A stretch of DNA of 64,000 bases from the NCBI GenBank assembly GCA_041593595.1, contig JBFHNV010000005.1, forward strand, positions 1,539 to 65,538. Direction: 5' to 3'. The first letter of the stretch is position 1. The number at the start of each line of letters is the position of its first letter. Below the pieces are notes generated by a model that saw only the letters and a list, made by a program, of their open reading frames with translations, was not told the origin of the DNA and made no database searches. Position numbers and translations under genes: made by a program. The DNA comes from Gammaproteobacteria bacterium. GTDB taxonomy: Bacteria; Pseudomonadota; Gammaproteobacteria; HK1. Of the stretch, positions 39,631 through 48,015 are shown in pieces.

Positions 39631-40425
39631 GTGAGGCCCGGCGTGCACACGGTCGCCGCGAGCATCCCCGAGATCATGGGCTGGGTGGCGGCCGTCCTGT
39701 GGCCGTTCCTGCGCATCTCGGCCATGTTCTCCATCGCGCCCCTGTTCGGCTCGCGGACCATCCCGGTGCGCATGCGGGTGGGGGCGGCGCTGGTGCTCAG
39801 CGTGTCGCTGGCACCCTCGTTGCCGGCGCCGCCGGAGCTGGACGTGCTGAGCGCCGCCGGCGTCACCGCGGTGGCCACCGAGCTGTTCATCGGCCTCAGC
39901 ATGGGCTTCATGCTGCAGCTCCTGTTCGCGTCGCTGCAGATCGCCGGCGAGCTGGTGGCCACCACCATGGGCCTCAGCATGGCGCAGGTGACCGACCCGG
40001 TGAACGGCGCCACGGTGCCGGTGCTGGGCCAGATCTTCTTCATGACCGGGATGCTCCTGTTCCTGTCCATGAACGGGCACCTGGCGCTGGTGGGCATGCT
40101 GGTGGAGAGCTTCCACGCCATGCCGGCGGGCGGGCCGGGACCGGGCGGCGAGGCCCTGTGGGCCTTCGTGGCCTTCGCCTCGGACATGTTCGCGGGCGCG
40201 GTGCAGGTGGCGCTGCCCGCGGTCACCGCGCTGCTGGCGGCGAACGTGATGCTGGGCGTGATCACCCGCTCGGCGCCGCAGCTCAACCTGTTCGCCTTCG
40301 GCCTGCCCATCACCACCGCGCTCGGGCTGGTGCTGCTGCTGCTCGCGCTGCCCTCGCTGGCGCCGGCCGTGGCGCGCTCCCTGGACGCGGTGCTGGCGCT
40401 GCTCGCCGGCGTCTACGCCCGCTGA
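39631..40425 (+). CDS. fliR: Flagellar export gate protein FliR
   Basis: Contains LWPFLRISAMFSIAPLFGSRTIPVRMRVG...GLSMAQVTDPVNG...FLSMNGHL. The start is uncertain (GTG 39631 or 39643). Confidence 0.88.
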   Translation: MRPGVHTVAASIPEIMGWVAAVLWPFLRISAMFSIAPLFGSRTIPVRMRVGAALVLSVSLAPSLPAPPELDVLSAAGVTAVATELFIGLSMGFMLQLLFASLQIAGELVATTMGLSMAQVTDPVNGATVPVLGQIFFMTGMLLFLSMNGHLALVGMLVESFHAMPAGGPGPGGEALWAFVAFASDMFAGAVQVALPAVTALLAANVMLGVITRSAPQLNLFAFGLPITTALGLVLLLLALPSLAPAVARSLDAVLALLAGVYAR

Positions 40426-40441
40426 TCCGAGGCACGACGCC

Positions 40442-41578
40442 ATGGCCGAGCAGGACACCGCCCAGGAACGCACGGAACAACCGACGCCGAAGCGCCTCGA
40501 CGACGCCCGCAAGAAGGGCCAGGTGCTGCGCTCGCGCGAGCTCAACACGCTGCTGTCCATGCTCGGGGCCAGCGCCGCGGTGTTCACGCTGGGCGCGGCC
40601 ATGGGCCGTGACCTGATGGACAGCACCCGCCGCCTGCTGGCGGTGGACCGGGATCTGGCCTTCGACAAGGCGCTGCTGGTGGCCCGCGCCATGGACGCCG
40701 CCGCGGAGGTGGTGTGGATGCAGGCGCCGCTGTTCGTGGCCATGGCGCTGGCGGCTTTCCTGGGCCCCGCGATGGTGGGCGGCGTGCGCTTCAGCGCCGA
40801 GGCGTTGGGGCTGAAGCCCTCGCACCTGGACCCGGTGAAGGGCGTCAAGCGCATGTTCTCCGCCAACGCCCTGCTGGAGGCGGCGAAGTCCCTGCTCAAG
40901 GTGGGCTGGCTCGCGCTGGTGGCGGTGCTGGTGGGGCGCGGCATGCAGCGCGACGTGCTGGCGCTGGGTGCCCTGCCGGCGGCCGCCGCCATCCAGGAGG
41001 CCCTGTGGCTGCTGGCCTGGGCGCTGCTGGCCCTGAGCGTGGCGCTGGCGCCCATCGCCGCCATCGACCTGCCACACCAGATCTGGCAGCACCTGAAGAA
41101 GCTGCGCATGACCCGCCAGGAGATCAAGGACGAGCTGAAGGAGACCGACGGCAACCCGGAGATCAAGAGCCGCGTGCGCCAGCAGCAGCGCGAGCTCGCG
41201 CAGCGCCGCATGATGGAGGAGGTGCCCCACGCGGACGTGGTGATCACCAACCCCACCCACTTCGCCGTGGCGCTGCGCTACGACCCGGCCGGCACCGGCG
41301 CGCCGCTGGTGGTGGCCAAGGGCGTGGACCACCTGGCCGAGCGCATCCGCGCCGTCGCCCGCGGCAGCGACGTGCCGCTGTTCGAGGCGCCGCCGCTGGC
41401 GCGCGCCCTGTACTGGTCCACCGATCTCGGGCAGAGCATCCCCTCCGGCCTCTACGTGGCGGTGGCGCGGGTGCTGGCCTACGTCTACCAGCTGCGCGCG
41501 GCCACCTACCGCTACGCGCCGCCGCGCCCGACCGATCTGCCGGTCCCCGACGAGTTCTTCGCCAAGGAACGCCCATGA
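40442..41578 (+). CDS. flhB: Flagellar export switch protein FlhB
   Basis: Contains AQERTEQPTPKRLDDARKKGQV.RSRELN...KKLRMTRQEIKDELKETDGNPEIKSRVRQ...VVITNPTHFAVALRY, which includes the NPTH autocleavage site. Confidence 0.93.
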   Translation: MAEQDTAQERTEQPTPKRLDDARKKGQVLRSRELNTLLSMLGASAAVFTLGAAMGRDLMDSTRRLLAVDRDLAFDKALLVARAMDAAAEVVWMQAPLFVAMALAAFLGPAMVGGVRFSAEALGLKPSHLDPVKGVKRMFSANALLEAAKSLLKVGWLALVAVLVGRGMQRDVLALGALPAAAAIQEALWLLAWALLALSVALAPIAAIDLPHQIWQHLKKLRMTRQEIKDELKETDGNPEIKSRVRQQQRELAQRRMMEEVPHADVVITNPTHFAVALRYDPAGTGAPLVVAKGVDHLAERIRAVARGSDVPLFEAPPLARALYWSTDLGQSIPSGLYVAVARVLAYVYQLRAATYRYAPPRPTDLPVPDEFFAKERP

Positions 41579-43689
41579 ACGCCACGAGCTTCAGCCGCGG
41601 CCTGCTGGCCGCCGCGCGCAACGACCTGGGCGCGCCGATCCTGGTCATCCTCGTGCTCGGCATGCTGGTGCTGCCCCTGCCGCCGCTCGCGCTGGACGTG
41701 CTGTTCACCTTCAACATCTCGCTGGGGCTCATCGTGCTGCTGGTGGTGGTCTACACGCTGCGCCCGCTGAACTTCTCCTCGTTTCCCACGGTGCTGCTCA
41801 TCGCCACCATGCTCAGGCTCGCGCTCAACGTCGCGTCGACGCGGGTGATGCTGGCCGAGGGCCACCGGGGCACCGACGCGGCGGGCCAGGTCATCGAGGC
41901 CTTCGGCCAGTTCGTGGTGGGTGGCAACTACGCGGTGGGCCTGGTGGTGTTCGCGATCCTGGTGATCATCAATTTCGTGGTGGTGACGAAGGGTGCCGGG
42001 CGCGTGTCGGAGGTGAGCGCGCGTTTCACCCTGGACTCCATGCCCGGCAAGCAGATGGCCATCGACGCGGATCTCAACGCCGGAATGCTGACCCAGGACG
42101 AGGCCAAGGCGCGGCGAGCGGAGGTGGTGCAGGAGGCGGACTTCTACGGCTCCATGGACGGCGCCAGCAAGTTCGTGCGCGGCGACGCCATCGCCGGGAT
42201 CCTGATCCTGTTCGTCAACATCCTGGGCGGCCTCGCGGTGGGCGTCGGGCAGCACGGCATGGCCTTCGGCGATGCGCTCCGCAACTATGCCCTGCTCACC
42301 GTGGGCGACGGGCTGGTCGCCCAGATCCCCTCGCTGGTGCTGTCGGTGGCCACCGCCATCATCGTCACCCGGGTGTCCTCGTCGGCGGACATCGGCGATC
42401 AGCTCTCCGGGCAGCTCTTCGGGGATCCGCGGGCGCTGTACGTGGCTGCCGCGGTGGTGGCGGTCATGGGGCTCATTCCCGGCATGCCCAACCTGGCCTT
42501 CCTGGCGGTGGCCGGTGCCTGCGCCGGCGCCGGCTGGTGGAGCGCGCAGCGCGCCACCCGGGCCGACGCGGGCGAGGTGGAGGAGGACGTGGCGCCGGCA
42601 CCGGTGCCCGGGGAGCAGGATCTCTCCTGGGACGACGTGCGACCGGTGGACGCCATCGGCCTCGAGATCGGCTATCGGCTGATCCCGATGGTGGACAGCA
42701 AACGCGACGGCGCACTCATGGGCCGTATCAAGGGCGTGCGCCGCAAGCTGTCCCAGGACCTGGGGTTCCTGGTGCCGTCGGTGCACATCAGAGACAACCT
42801 GGAGCTGCCCCAGGCGGGCTATCGCATCCAGGTGCTGGGGGTGAGCGAGGGTGAGGCGGAGGTCCACCCGGACCGGGAGCTGGCCATCAACCCGGGGGCG
42901 GCGAGCCCGGAGCTGCAGGGGATCCCGGCCCGCGACCCGGCCTTCGGCATGGACGCCGTGTGGATCACGCCGGCCCAGCGGGACCACGCCCAGAGCCTGG
43001 GTTACACGGTGGTGGACCCGGCCACGGTGGTGGCCACCCACCTGAGCAAGGTGCTGGCCGAGAACGCCCCCGACCTGCTCGGCTACGAGGAGACCCAGAA
43101 GCTGCTGGACCGCCTGGCGCGCAGCGCGCCGAAGCTGGTGGAGGACCTCACCCCCAAGGCCATGACCCTGGGCACCGTGTGCAAGGTGCTGCAGGGCCTG
43201 CTGCGTGAGCGGGTACCGGTGCGCGACATCCGCACCATCGCCGAGACCCTGGCCGCTCGATCCGGGGACAGCCAGGAAATTGACAGCCTCCTGGCCCATG
43301 TCCGCGTCGCACTTCGCAAGACCATTGTGCAGGAAGTCTTTGGTTTTGCTGTGGAATTGCCGGTCATCACCCTGGACCCGAAGTTGGAACAGTTGTTGCT
43401 ACAGAGTCTTTCAGACAACGGCGACGACGGATTTGCGATGGAACCCGGACTGGCACAGCGCGTTCACGCCTCCCTGGCCCGCATGGCAGAGCGCCAGCAG
43501 CGCGAGGCGCAGCCGGCGGTGCTGCTCACGGCGCCGAGCCTGCGGCCGTGGCTGGCCAAGCTGTTCGCCGCCAGCATCGAGCAGCTCCACGTCCTCGCCT
43601 ACAACGAAATCCCGGACAACCGGCAGGTGCGCGTGGTGGGCAGCGTGGGCGCGGACAGCGCCACCGGTGCCATCGCCCACGCCGCATGA
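41575..43689 (+). CDS. flhA: Flagellar export gate protein FlhA
   Basis: The ATG overlaps the flhB stop (ATGA). Contains [35 protein letters not shown]...[16 protein letters not shown]...IRDN. Confidence 0.93.
   Translation: [704 protein letters not shown]
43385..43399 (+). promoter_or_regulatory. Sigma-54 promoter-like element embedded in the flhA 3' coding region (candidate flhF-fleN-fliA promoter)
   Basis: Reads TGGAAC-AGTTG-TTGC, with one mismatch in the -24 box and correct spacing. It lies inside a ~50% GC patch, 321 nt upstream of the flhF ATG. Confidence 0.45.
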
Positions 43690-43719
43690 CGCGCGCGAGC
43701 GCACCACTCTCTCGGAGAC

Positions 43720-44808
43720 ATGACAGCGATGAAGACCCGACGGATAGAGGGAACGGACATCACCGCGGCGCTGCGCGAGGTTCGCCGCACGCTGGGCGCC
43801 GATGCCGTAATCATGAGCACCCGGGAGACGCCGGAAGGTATCGAGATCATCGCCGCCGCGCCGCCGCCGGCGCCGCGCCGCCGGGATCAGGTGCCAGCCT
43901 CGGCCCGCGCTCGGGCCGCGGCCGGCACCCGGGTCCCGGCGAGAGCGCCCGCCGGGCGGGTGGTTCGCCCCGGCCTCGCGGCACTGGTGTCGCACATGGC
44001 GCGCCCCGCGACGGGCCCGGCGCTGGACGCGGAGCTGGATGCCGCCGGGTTCACCGCGGACGTTCGTGACGGGATCGTCGGCGCGGTGGCCGGCACCGCC
44101 CCGGAGCGTGCGCTGGCCGCGGCCGGCCGCGCCCGGGCCGCGCAGATCCAGGTGGAAGGCGCTGCCCTGATGCACCAGGGCGGCCGCGTGGCGGTCCTCG
44201 GCGGCACGGGCGTGGGCAAGACCACCACCATCGCCAAGCTGGCGGCGCACTTCGCGCGGCGCCACGGCGCGGAGCAGGTGGCGCTGGTGAACGCGGACCA
44301 GTACCGCATCGGCGCCAGCGACCAGCTGCGCCGCTTCGCGCGTCTCATCGGCGTGCCGGTGGCGGACGTGCGCGGCGCCGCCGAGCTCGCGGCGGCGCTG
44401 AAGAAGCTTGCGGGCCGCAAGCTGGTGCTGGTGGACACCGCCGGGCTCGGCGAGTCGGACGTGCGCTTCGCCGAGCAGGCGGGGCTGCTGCGGGGCGCGG
44501 GTCTCGACTGCTACCTGGCGCTGTCGCTGAACACCCAGGCGGCGGTGCTGGCCCGCGGCGTACGTGCGTACTCGGATCTCCGCCTGCGCGGCCTGGTCCT
44601 GACCAAGGAGGACGAGGCGCTGAGCCTGGGCGCGGGTCTGAGCATGGCACTGCGCCACAGGCTGCCGGTGAGCTTCGTCACCACCGGCCCGAACGTGCCG
44701 GCGGACATCCGCCTCGCCAAGGCCGGCCGGCTCGCCGAGCGCGCCCTCGCGCTGGCGGTCCAGGCACGCGCGGCCGCGCCCGCCGCGCCCGTGGAGTCGG
44801 TGCGATGA
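43720..44808 (+). CDS. flhF: Flagellar placement GTPase FlhF (SRP-type)
   Basis: Contains ALREVRRTLGADAVIMSTRE...VAVLGGTGVGKTTTIAKLAA...VDTAG...LVLTKEDE. Confidence 0.88.
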   Translation: MTAMKTRRIEGTDITAALREVRRTLGADAVIMSTRETPEGIEIIAAAPPPAPRRRDQVPASARARAAAGTRVPARAPAGRVVRPGLAALVSHMARPATGPALDAELDAAGFTADVRDGIVGAVAGTAPERALAAAGRARAAQIQVEGAALMHQGGRVAVLGGTGVGKTTTIAKLAAHFARRHGAEQVALVNADQYRIGASDQLRRFARLIGVPVADVRGAAELAAALKKLAGRKLVLVDTAGLGESDVRFAEQAGLLRGAGLDCYLALSLNTQAAVLARGVRAYSDLRLRGLVLTKEDEALSLGAGLSMALRHRLPVSFVTTGPNVPADIRLAKAGRLAERALALAVQARAAAPAAPVESVR

Positions 44809-45656
44809 GCGGTTTCGAGCACGACGGCGGGGCGCCGGTGCAGGTCGTCGCCGTGAGCAGCGGCAAGGGCGGCGTCGGCAAGACCAACGTGTCCATCAAC
44901 CTGGCCACGGCGATGGCGAAGCGCGGGCGCTCGGTGATGCTGCTGGACGCGGATCTCGGGCTCGCCAACGTGGACGTGGTGCTGGGTCTGAAGGCGCGGC
45001 GCACGCTCGCCGACGTGATCGAAGGGAGCTGCGATCTCGAGGACGTGATCCTGTGCACGCCGACCGGTCTGCGGGTGGTGCCCGCGGCGTCGGGGGTGCA
45101 GCGCATGGCCCGCCTCAGCGCGCCGGAGACCGCCGGCATCATCCATGCCTTCAGCACCATCGCGTCGCCGCCGGACACCCTCATCGTGGATACCGCGGCG
45201 GGCATCAACGAGAGCGTGGCCAGCTTCGCCAGCGCCGCCCACGACGTGCTGGTGGTGGCCTGCGACGAGCCGGCCTCGCTCACCGATGCCTACGCGCTCA
45301 TCAAGACGCTCAGCCGCGATCACGGTGTGAGCGAGTTCCGAATCCTGCCGAACATGGTGCGCTCGGCGGCCCAGGGCCGCGAGGTGTTCGACAAGCTGTC
45401 GCGGGTGGTGCACCGGTTCCTGGACGTGAGTCTTCTGTACGAGGGTTTCATTCCGGAGGACGAGGCCCTGCGCAAGGCCGTGCAGAAGCAGAAGTCGGTG
45501 GTGCAGGCGTTCCCGCGCTGCCGTGCCTCGCTGGCCTTCCGCCGGCTCGCGCTGCGCCTCAGCGAGTGGCCGATCCACCAGCGGCCCGCCGGCCACGTGA
45601 CCTTCTTCTTCGAGCGCAGCGTCACCGACACGCAAGCACTGGAGAGTGCCGGATGA
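44805..45656 (+). CDS. fleN: MinD/ParA-type flagellar number regulator FleN/FlhG
   Basis: Contains VVAVSSGKGGVGKTNVSINLATAMAKRGRSVMLLDADLGLANVDVVLG. Confidence 0.9.
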   Translation: MSGFEHDGGAPVQVVAVSSGKGGVGKTNVSINLATAMAKRGRSVMLLDADLGLANVDVVLGLKARRTLADVIEGSCDLEDVILCTPTGLRVVPAASGVQRMARLSAPETAGIIHAFSTIASPPDTLIVDTAAGINESVASFASAAHDVLVVACDEPASLTDAYALIKTLSRDHGVSEFRILPNMVRSAAQGREVFDKLSRVVHRFLDVSLLYEGFIPEDEALRKAVQKQKSVVQAFPRCRASLAFRRLALRLSEWPIHQRPAGHVTFFFERSVTDTQALESAG

Positions 45657-46399
45657 ATGGACAAGCCATGTACGCCGACGTGCAGCGTCATGCGGGCCCG
45701 GCGCCGGGTGGCGCGGACGCGGACGTAGGCGCCTACGCGCCGCTGGTCAAGCGCATCGCGTTCCACCTGCACAGCCGGCTGCCGCCCTCGGTGCAGGTGG
45801 AGGACCTGATCCAGGCGGGCATGATCGGGCTGCTGGAGGCGCTCGGGAACTACGACGCCAGCCAGGGGGCGAGCTTCGAGACCTATGCGGGGATCCACAT
45901 CCGCGGCGCCATGTTGGACGAGATCCGGCTGGGCGACTGGACGCCGCGGGCGGTGCGGCGCCAGGGCCGCGAGCTGGTCAAGGCGGTGAAGGTGGTGGAG
46001 GACCGCAAGGGCGGCGAGGCGAGCGACGCGGAGGTGGCCGCCGAGCTGGGCGTGTCCGTTCCCGAGTATCACAAGATGGTGGGCGACGCGGCCGGCTCGA
46101 AGCTGTTCAGCCTGGACGACGACCGGGTCAGTGGCGACTGGCGCGAGAGCCTGCCCACCGAGGACGCGGACGGTCCCGAGAGCCAGTTCGCGGGCCACGC
46201 CTTCAAGCGCGCCATGGCGGAGGCCATCGACGAGCTGCCCGAGCGCGAGCGCCTCGTGATGGCGCTTTACTACGACGAGGAGCTGACGCTCAAGGAGGTG
46301 GGCGCGGTGCTCGAGCTGAGCGAGTCCCGGGTGTGCCAGATCCACGGCCAGGCGCTGGTGCGGCTGCGCGCGCGCCTCTGCGAGTGGATGGACGACTGA
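45653..46399 (+). CDS. fliA: Flagellar sigma factor FliA (sigma-28)
   Basis: The ATG overlaps the fleN stop (ATGA). Contains VEDLIQAGMIGLLEALGNYDASQGASFETYAGIHIRGAMLDEIR...ERERLVMALYYDEELTLKEVGAVLELSESRVCQIHGQAL. Confidence 0.92.
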   Translation: MNGQAMYADVQRHAGPAPGGADADVGAYAPLVKRIAFHLHSRLPPSVQVEDLIQAGMIGLLEALGNYDASQGASFETYAGIHIRGAMLDEIRLGDWTPRAVRRQGRELVKAVKVVEDRKGGEASDAEVAAELGVSVPEYHKMVGDAAGSKLFSLDDDRVSGDWRESLPTEDADGPESQFAGHAFKRAMAEAIDELPERERLVMALYYDEELTLKEVGAVLELSESRVCQIHGQALVRLRARLCEWMDD

Positions 46400-46410
46400 G
46401 CGGATTCTGC

Positions 46411-46572
46411 ATGAACGTCGACCGCCCCATCACCCCGCTGGAGCCGGTACCTCCGTCGCGGCCGCCGAGCGCCGGCGAGGAGCGGCGCCGGCGGCGCCGC
46501 GAGGTGCCCGAGCGCGACGATCGCAAGCGGCGGCGCGACCCGGATCATCACCACATCGACGAGTACGCATGA
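46411..46572 (+). CDS. Small (53 aa) highly charged Arg/Pro-rich hypothetical protein
   Basis: MNVDRPITPLEPVPPSRPPSAGEERRRRRREVPERDDRKRRRDPDHHHIDEYA. GC3 is about 90%, like real genes. It starts 12 nt after fliA and its stop overlaps the next ATG (ATGA). No family was recognised. Confidence 0.45.
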   Translation: MNVDRPITPLEPVPPSRPPSAGEERRRRRREVPERDDRKRRRDPDHHHIDEYA

Positions 46573-47201
46573 CCATGAACGTGAACGGCATCCTGAATGG
46601 GGACCTCCTGTTCTTCCTGTGCGCCATCGCGGTGGCGTTCCTGCTGGGCTGCGCGCACCGCATCGGGCGCAGCATCGCCCGCGAGCGCCGCGCGGTCGAG
46701 CTGGCGGACAAGGATCTGCGGGACCTGAGCAGCCGCTACGACCTGCAGCAGCTCAACATGTCACGCCTGACCCGCGAGCTGAGCGACGTGCGCCAGGCCC
46801 TGATGCAGCAGGCCATGGCCCTGGGTCCGGTGCACGCCGGGCTGCACGCCCGCGCTGCGGCGGCGGTGCCCGCGCCTGCGACAACGCCCGCGCCGACGGC
46901 CCGCCAGTCCGCGCCGGCCGGCGCGCGACCGGCGGCGCAGCCGAGCCGCCCGACGCAGACGCCGGTGCCGGCACGTGCCGCGCCGCGTCCTTCAACGGCG
47001 AAGCCTGCGGTCAAGGCCGCGGTGGGGGCGCCCGCACCGCCGGCGACGAAGCCGCGCCGGCCCGCGGCCGCGGATCCCCTGGCGCTGGCACGCCGCGGTG
47101 CCGGCGCCGAGGTGCTCATGTCCCGCTGCGGGCTGAGCCGCGCCGAGGCGGACCTGGTGATCTCGGTGCACGGCAAGGACGCGGGCTCCGCTGCGGCCTG
47201 A
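46569..47201 (+). CDS. Membrane-anchored DUF2802-like flagellar-cluster protein
   Basis: Has an N-terminal TM segment (LLFFLCAIAVAFLLGC), a coiled coil, a long Pro/Ala-rich linker and a C-terminal helix-turn-helix-like module (LARRGAGAEVLMSRCGLSRAEADLVISVHG). The C-terminus resembles my recollection of DUF2802. Confidence 0.6.
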   Translation: MTMNVNGILNGDLLFFLCAIAVAFLLGCAHRIGRSIARERRAVELADKDLRDLSSRYDLQQLNMSRLTRELSDVRQALMQQAMALGPVHAGLHARAAAAVPAPATTPAPTARQSAPAGARPAAQPSRPTQTPVPARAAPRPSTAKPAVKAAVGAPAPPATKPRRPAAADPLALARRGAGAEVLMSRCGLSRAEADLVISVHGKDAGSAAA

Positions 47202-47238
47202 CCCGCGCCGGCGATCCCCTGGCGGGGCCGTAGCCCCG

Positions 47239-47826
47239 CTAGCGCTCCGCGCAGAAGGCCTCCACGGCACGCGTCAGCACCGGCGCCGGGTCCAGCGCCG
47301 CGCCGCTTCGATCCACCAGCTTCCCGTCCAGGGACAGGACGGTGGCGCCATGGATGGCCGACCACAGGGCGGGCCCAAGCCTGGCGTCCGTGTCGTTCGC
47401 CGCGCGGGCCAGGGCGGACTCCAGCAGCTCGTAGCCCTGCGCGATGCGGTCCTCCAGCCACTGCGGTGCCGCCTGGCCCGGAGGCAGCCGGTGCTGGAAC
47501 ACCAGCCGGAAGCGCGCCGCGTGCCGGCGGGCGAAAGCCAGGTACGCCTGCGCCACGGCCTGCACCCGGGCCGTGCCCGGGGGGGCGGCGGCGGCCGCCG
47601 CCTGCAGCGCCGCGGCAAGGTCGTCCAGGGTGCGCCCGTTGAGCTCGAGCAGCAGCCCGTCCAGGTTGCGGAACAGCAGGTACAGGGTGCCGTGGGTATA
47701 GCCGATGGCCTGGGCGATGCGGCGCACGGACAGGCCAGCGGCGCCTTCCCGGGCCAGGATGTCCTCGGCTGCCTCCAGGCTCATGCGCCGGAGCTCCTCG
47801 CGGGAGTGGTCGTTGCGTCTGGCCAC
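47239..47826 (-). CDS. TetR/AcrR-family transcriptional regulator
   Basis: Contains EELRRMSLEAAEDILAREGAAGLSVRRIAQAIGYTHGTLYLLFRNLDGLLLELN. Confidence 0.85.
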   Translation of the reverse strand: MARRNDHSREELRRMSLEAAEDILAREGAAGLSVRRIAQAIGYTHGTLYLLFRNLDGLLLELNGRTLDDLAAALQAAAAAAPPGTARVQAVAQAYLAFARRHAARFRLVFQHRLPPGQAAPQWLEDRIAQGYELLESALARAANDTDARLGPALWSAIHGATVLSLDGKLVDRSGAALDPAPVLTRAVEAFCAER

Positions 47827-47848
47827 GGGATGCTGTCCTCGGGGGCGG

Positions 47849-47896
47849 CCGGCACCGGTGCCGGGTCAGTCTAGCAGCGTACTGACCAACGGTCAG
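47849..47896. promoter_or_regulatory. Palindromic operator candidates in the divergent TetR / EAL-HDOD spacer
   Basis: There is a perfect 16-bp palindrome CCGGCACCGGTGCCGG (47849-47864). It abuts GGTCAGT-N10-ACTGACC (47864-47887) and a third half-site GGTCAG (47891-47896). Confidence 0.5.
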
Positions 47897-48015
47897 AACC
47901 TCCCGGGCCCGGGCCGAGGCGGGCTTCAGGGAAGCACGTCCCCGGCCGATACCCCCCGGAGCGGCCTCCATCCGGAGACCCGCCCACGGTCCCGACCCAG
48001 CGAGCCCACGACGCG

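Noticed and set aside
43451-43465. Perfect TGGCAC hexamer just downstream of the flhA low-GC patch.
   Set aside because: The -12 position reads GTTC, with no GC dinucleotide at the required spacing. The TGGAAC-N5-TTGC element at 43385 is the better candidate.
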